A stretch of DNA of 64,000 nucleotides from contig JBQPWD010000006.1 in the NCBI GenBank assembly GCA_052246995.1, forward strand, positions 90,970 to 154,969, written 5' to 3'. The translations under genes were made by a program, and so were the position numbers. The notes under the pieces are model-generated. The model was given only the letters and a program-made list of their open reading frames with translations, did no database searches and had not been told where the DNA came from. Positions 60,061 to 64,000 of this stretch are shown here, in pieces. The DNA comes from Candidatus Bathyarchaeota archaeon. Lineage in GTDB: Archaea; Thermoproteota; Bathyarchaeia; Hecatellales; Hecatellaceae. Position 1 is the first letter of the stretch, and every line of letters starts with the position of its first letter.

Positions 60061-61188
60061 ATGAATCGATATGCAGCTGTTGCTTTAATCATTCTTACAT
60101 TGCTTATATCGTTTATAGTAGTTTTAACCTCAATTAAAGAAAAGAAGGGAGAAGTTATAGAGAAGGGTGGAGAGGCTGCCAGTTGTCCTGTGACAAATTC
60201 TACGTACTCTTTCTGCTTTATAAAAGACGGAAAGGCACATTATTTTGATATTATTGGTTGGGTAAGTCCCAACACCACAATCTTAGAAAGGTATATCGAG
60301 TCTGGGGGTACCTTTTGGAGAGGGGGTTACATATCTTATGGGAAAGGCGTAGTGCTATTCCTAGCTCTAAGGACAAACTTAGAATGGGAATGGTATATAT
60401 CATGTGTTGAAGCCCTTGTAGGCGAGATATATAAGGAATGTCTCCTTGGTTCCATCTCTAATGCAATTCAAGTTAATAAGGATACGTTCTTAGTACCCTA
60501 CGTTCTTGAGGAAGATGGCTTCTGGGAATCCTACAAAATAGTATCTGAATCTTATATTAGGTCAAATAACGTTAGATTGTATTTTGAGCCTCGGAATTTC
60601 CTAAATCTAAAAAGTGACCAGAATACAGCGATGAAGATAGGGAAAATTACAATAATGCCCAAGAAGTATAATGATTGTGCCCTTTGTATATATGTTGATT
60701 ATCCACCCCCCAGATTCGGCCTAACAATAAAGAGCATAGAGTATCTTGGAGGGGAGTTTGGACGGTATATATTTAACGCATCTTTACAGATCAATAATTG
60801 CAGTTTCGTAGTCTTCTATTCTTTCAATGATTTTGGTCAAAAAGCTAAGCTGGATGGGGAATTTTTGCCGTTATACTTGATGACCATCGAAGAATCTCCC
60901 ACTAAAGAAAGTTGGATTGTAAAAAGCATTAATGAGTCTCATTATTTTGTTGCCATACCCACGGAATCTGGTCACGGCTTTTCCGTGAGATATCACTATG
61001 GTTCAGGTTTTAAGGATGTCTGGCTTGAGCCTCAGCATGAATATAAAGGAAGCTACGTCGTTTCAGGAGATGAGTTCTGGTTGAAAATTGAAGTATGTGA
61101 AGTTTATGTTATAGATAGTACGTTTACTTTCATGACGCCCCAGGAAGAGACGTATAAGTGTGAAAAACCAGCAACTGATCAAAAATAA
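60061..61188 (+). CDS. hypothetical N-terminally anchored extracellular protein
   Basis: One N-terminal hydrophobic helix and a beta-rich, Cys-containing body; 375-aa ORF. Confidence 0.75.
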   Translation: MNRYAAVALIILTLLISFIVVLTSIKEKKGEVIEKGGEAASCPVTNSTYSFCFIKDGKAHYFDIIGWVSPNTTILERYIESGGTFWRGGYISYGKGVVLFLALRTNLEWEWYISCVEALVGEIYKECLLGSISNAIQVNKDTFLVPYVLEEDGFWESYKIVSESYIRSNNVRLYFEPRNFLNLKSDQNTAMKIGKITIMPKKYNDCALCIYVDYPPPRFGLTIKSIEYLGGEFGRYIFNASLQINNCSFVVFYSFNDFGQKAKLDGEFLPLYLMTIEESPTKESWIVKSINESHYFVAIPTESGHGFSVRYHYGSGFKDVWLEPQHEYKGSYVVSGDEFWLKIEVCEVYVIDSTFTFMTPQEETYKCEKPATDQK

Positions 61189-61299
61189 TTATCACCAAAG
61201 TACATAGAATTGTTAAAAACTAAAAACAGTAAACTCAAAAAACAAGAAAAAACTCTATCCCACTTTCTCATTTCATATATCTCCAGAAAAAGAGGGTTT

Positions 61300-61581
61300 T
61301 TAGGTTGTGGGTATTGCAGGAGTATAGAAGCTTTTCTCGTTTTGGCTACATTTCACCCTTTCTGTTGCTGATAAACTGCAACCTTCCTTGAAGTTTACAC
61401 ATGTAGCACAAGCCTTTTCTCTAACCAGCTTAGAGACATGCCTCTCTAAGGCTTCCATGAGCTCAAATATCTGCTTAGGCTCCACTAATTCCTTGAAATG
61501 GCTTGCCAAGTCTTTAGCTATGACTTCTACGCCCAGCAAATATGCGTATAAATCGTTAATTTCTGAGAAAAGCTCCATCAA
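61300..61581 (-). CDS. hypothetical protein with C-terminal CxxC..C..C (element-derived)
   Basis: ACATCVNFKEGC..C; frame extends ~45 codons upstream without a canonical start. Confidence 0.5.
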   Translation of the reverse strand: MMELFSEINDLYAYLLGVEVIAKDLASHFKELVEPKQIFELMEALERHVSKLVREKACATCVNFKEGCSLSATERVKCSQNEKSFYTPAIPTT

Positions 61582-61811
61582 TCCGACGTTTTTGCAAAAT
61601 CTTACTAGATCACTTGCTTCATCTTCATTTACACCACGCCGGGAAAAATCAAAAACTTTGTAGATCGCCTTCTCACCAACTTCTAAAATGGGTATACTTT
61701 CTTCTCTTATTACAATTATTAGTTTTTAACCGAAAAATTGGTTGTTTTCAGAAAAGAGACGCAAAAATTTAAGTTTTTTGCTGAAATGATTTGTATTGAG
61801 GTGATTCGTGA

Positions 61812-62064
61812 TTGAGTGAAGAGGAGATTGCCGGTTTGATGGCTAGCGAGATGGCTAGGGAAGCCTGTGAGACGGTTAAGGGTGATTGTAAAGCGAGGTG
61901 TGAGGTTGTTCTGCGCAAAATTATAATCGAGGGTAAAGGGCTTTGAACTACTGAATGAGCTTTCAGAAGCTGATAAGGGAGTCGTTAGGGAAAAGCTAAG
62001 GGAGCTCGTTGGACAGGCCGAAGAAAAACGGGCAGAAGCCAACCAAGGACAACCTCAGAAATAA
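61812..62064 (+). pseudogene. small helical protein gene split by a 1-nt frameshift
   Basis: SD GAGGTGA then TTG 61812: MSEEEIAGL..CKARCEVVLRKIIIEGKG / FELLNELSEADKGVVREKLREL..*; shift at GGG 61938-61940. Confidence 0.5.
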
Positions 62065-62471
62065 GCAAAATTTTAAAGTCTTAGGAGGCCCCCACCATCC
62101 CTTATAGGAATTGATGGATTTTAACGGCGGGTCAGCATCGACTCGTTATCGAGCGCGTTTTCGCATACAACGCAGATATACAAGCAATCATGCGTCGACG
62201 CATTCGGCATCGCATCCGTTACAAGCCCCGTCATCAACTCTCGATTTCCTATGCATACCTTTCTCCGTTTCAATCCCTGAAATGGAACCCCCACCCTCAC
62301 AGGCATGTTTAAGCACAGGCATAGCATGCAAGCATGTACAGCTGATAAATGCCTATTAGGTGTGAGTCAAGCATAAAAGCTTCCATTGCGACTGAATAGT
62401 TCAAGAGCAAGCAAGCAATACAGGCGCATATGAGATTTTGCGAAGATATACAACCAGAATTTAAACTTGCA

Positions 62472-62511
62472 GCTTTACGAGACGTTTTACAAGCTTAAAA
62501 TCTCGTAAAGC
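62472..62511. repeat. strong hairpin / inverted repeat
   Basis: GCTTTACGAGA ... TCTCGTAAAGC (11-bp perfect) plus inner TTTTA/TAAAA. Confidence 0.75.
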
Positions 62512-62608
62512 ACATACCGTGACTAAACAAAAAGGGCTTTTAACAGACATGCATTATCAAAAGTTCTTTTTTGCCGGGGTTCTCTTAATTTTTCCTTAAG
62601 CTTTTCTT

Positions 62609-62791
62609 CTAGGGGAGGAAGCCAAAAATTTCTTCAAGCCTTTTGCACACTTCATTTAATGGTGGCAACATTAACTTTTTCCAAACATGTTCGTCGGCCA
62701 TATTTTCACTTTCTCGGATAAGCCGGTATAGACTTCTTTCGACAACCTCTTCAACTGGTTCTTTAAAAAGCTCATGGGCTAAGCCAGACAT
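62609..62791 (-). CDS. small hypothetical protein
   Basis: MSGLAHELFKEPVEEVVE... with upstream GGAGG; the 5' extension in the track is antisense to the integrase remnant. Confidence 0.45.
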   Translation of the reverse strand: MSGLAHELFKEPVEEVVERSLYRLIRESENMADEHVWKKLMLPPLNEVCKRLEEIFGFLP

Positions 62792-62815
62792 TGAAACGTA
62801 AGAACGCCTCCCTTC

Positions 62816-63235
62816 CCGTCTTATGTTTTGAGGGCTTACTGCGATACAAACATGATCATAGCAGAGTCTAAAGGCAAAACCAGCCACCCATATCTGCAGT
62901 TTATTATGGGGCATAAGGGCGATATAGAAGCCTGATATTCAACAAACAAAGGGGTACTGCCGCCAGACATAATTGAGGACATGTGCAAATGCTACAAAGA
63001 ATGCGAGCCCTTCCTGAGCACGGCAACCCAGCCCCTAGAACAGTCTAGCATAATTAAGGAGGCTAAAATTGAAGCCTTGAAAAGTATGGCAAAAAGCCTA
63101 TTGGGAATAGACCTGCTAGACGTTAAGGTTGCAAAGGAAAGGCAGATTGGAAGAGAACTAAGCAAGGATGAGGAACTGGAGCTCTACGAAAATGAGTTGG
63201 GAAAGCTGAGGAAAACGTCCACAACGAGATATTAG
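62816..63235 (+). pseudogene. tyrosine integrase C-terminal remnant
   Basis: YVLRAYCDTNMIIAESKGKTSHPYLQFIMGHKGDIEA*YSTNKGVLPPD (box II with catalytic Tyr); TGA at 62933; 5' part absent. Confidence 0.8.
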
Positions 63236-63243
63236 CCTTTCTA

Positions 63244-63562
63244 ATGACTATTTTGGGAGTAAACCTCTTAGTTGGTGGCTTAATTGTGGTAATCCTTGTT
63301 GTAAAGGAGCCTAACTGGCTCCTTATATTTCCATATGTAACCCCGCAAGGATCCTCAGCCTATATAGGGTTAATCTTAACTATCGCTGGCTTTTTCACCC
63401 TATCAGCAGGCTTCATGTTAATCATACACTATGATAGATAGAAAGAGAAGATGGTACATAAAGGAGATAGAAAAATCGTCTCTTCCTAAAAGATGGAGAA
63501 ATGATTACAAAACAGTAAACCAAATCTTGGAAGAATACGTAGGGCAGAGAAGGAAAAAGTAA
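63244..63562 (+). pseudogene. two-TM membrane protein gene with 4-bp duplication frameshift
   Basis: Removing one repeat unit from GATAGATAG (63433-63441) extends HYDR into KRRWYIKEIEK...RRKK*. Confidence 0.5.
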
Positions 63563-63634
63563 AACTGATACCATCCTACGCAAACTTTTACGCAAACTTT
63601 TCTGTTATCTGCAACTAACAGAATAGCTGTTGGT

Positions 63635-64000
63635 TCAGTATTTTTGCTGTATTGAGGTCAAGTCTTTATAAATTCTAATGTATTTTCTTAAAACATCTGC
63701 TCTAGGAATTAGAACACGACCTATTCCGTGTAACGGCAAAAATTCAATATTATACCACTGCTTTTTATTTAAAAGGTCGTTTAGGTACCTTATTTTCTCC
63801 AATATTCTAGGTTCTTTCAGTATCTTAGTCGCGGAGTACTTTATTCGAACGTTGTTCTCGTCGGCTATTTTCTTTATAAAGAAAGGTATCACAACAGGAT
63901 TAGCTACCTCCACATAATACAGATCGACTTGCTCTGTTATGCTTAGAAGTATATTCTGCTCCCTGATAAGCGATTCAAACCCTTCTATTAACGCTGAACT
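63635..64000 (-). CDS. 3' end of a hypothetical gene (5' part beyond window)
   Basis: Frame is open from 64000 to the stop at 63635. Confidence 0.65.
   Translation of the reverse strand, partial: SSALIEGFESLIREQNILLSITEQVDLYYVEVANPVVIPFFIKKIADENNVRIKYSATKILKEPRILEKIRYLNDLLNKKQWYNIEFLPLHGIGRVLIPRADVLRKYIRIYKDLTSIQQKY

Noticed and set aside
62267-62288. GTTTCAATCCC... resembling a CRISPR repeat end
   Set aside because: Single occurrence, no regularly spaced copies, and no cas genes in the window.
62933-62935. In-frame TGA as selenocysteine or readthrough
   Set aside because: The position corresponds to Arg (CGA) in a 5'-truncated integrase; ordinary nonsense decay is simpler.
56547-63235. 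The two integrase pieces as int(N)/int(C) of one SSV-type split integrase
   Set aside because: Their motif styles look like different families, there is no att repeat at the second piece, and both are internally decayed. Not formally excluded without alignment.

Overview
AT-rich chromosome segment from a TACK/Thermoproteota-type archaeon. Bathyarchaeia-like affinity is an inference from the EndA crenarchaea-specific loop, a CFI-box-CTERM surface protein, Ech and methanogen-like sulfur genes. From left to right it carries: a GMC oxidoreductase cut by the window edge; an echABCDEF energy-converting [NiFe]-hydrogenase operon; envelope genes; an intron-containing tRNA-Thr; a lipS2-lipS1-gcvH-lplA lipoylation operon; MA1821/MA1822/MA1715-type homocysteine and sulfide-assimilation genes; a wHTH regulator plus cdc48; the core informational block (fen1, rpoL, csl4, METTL5, dph2, uL16, dcd, hemK2, ksgA, endA); gluconeogenesis genes (fbp, tpiA); purC and two purP; an acyl-CoA ligase/SSS carboxylate-uptake module; and, from about 56.4 kb, a region of decayed integrative elements. 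Three observations stand out. (1) EchD is fused in frame to a complete NADP(H)-type GltD/NfnB-like flavoprotein, a candidate NADPH-linked Ech. (2) A tandem CTTTCC-N5-RGAAAG operator pair precedes both the wHTH gene and cdc48. (3) A triply damaged pseudogene belongs to the MJ0865/MCR glutamine C-methyltransferase family. All family assignments are from motif recognition by eye; no database search was run.
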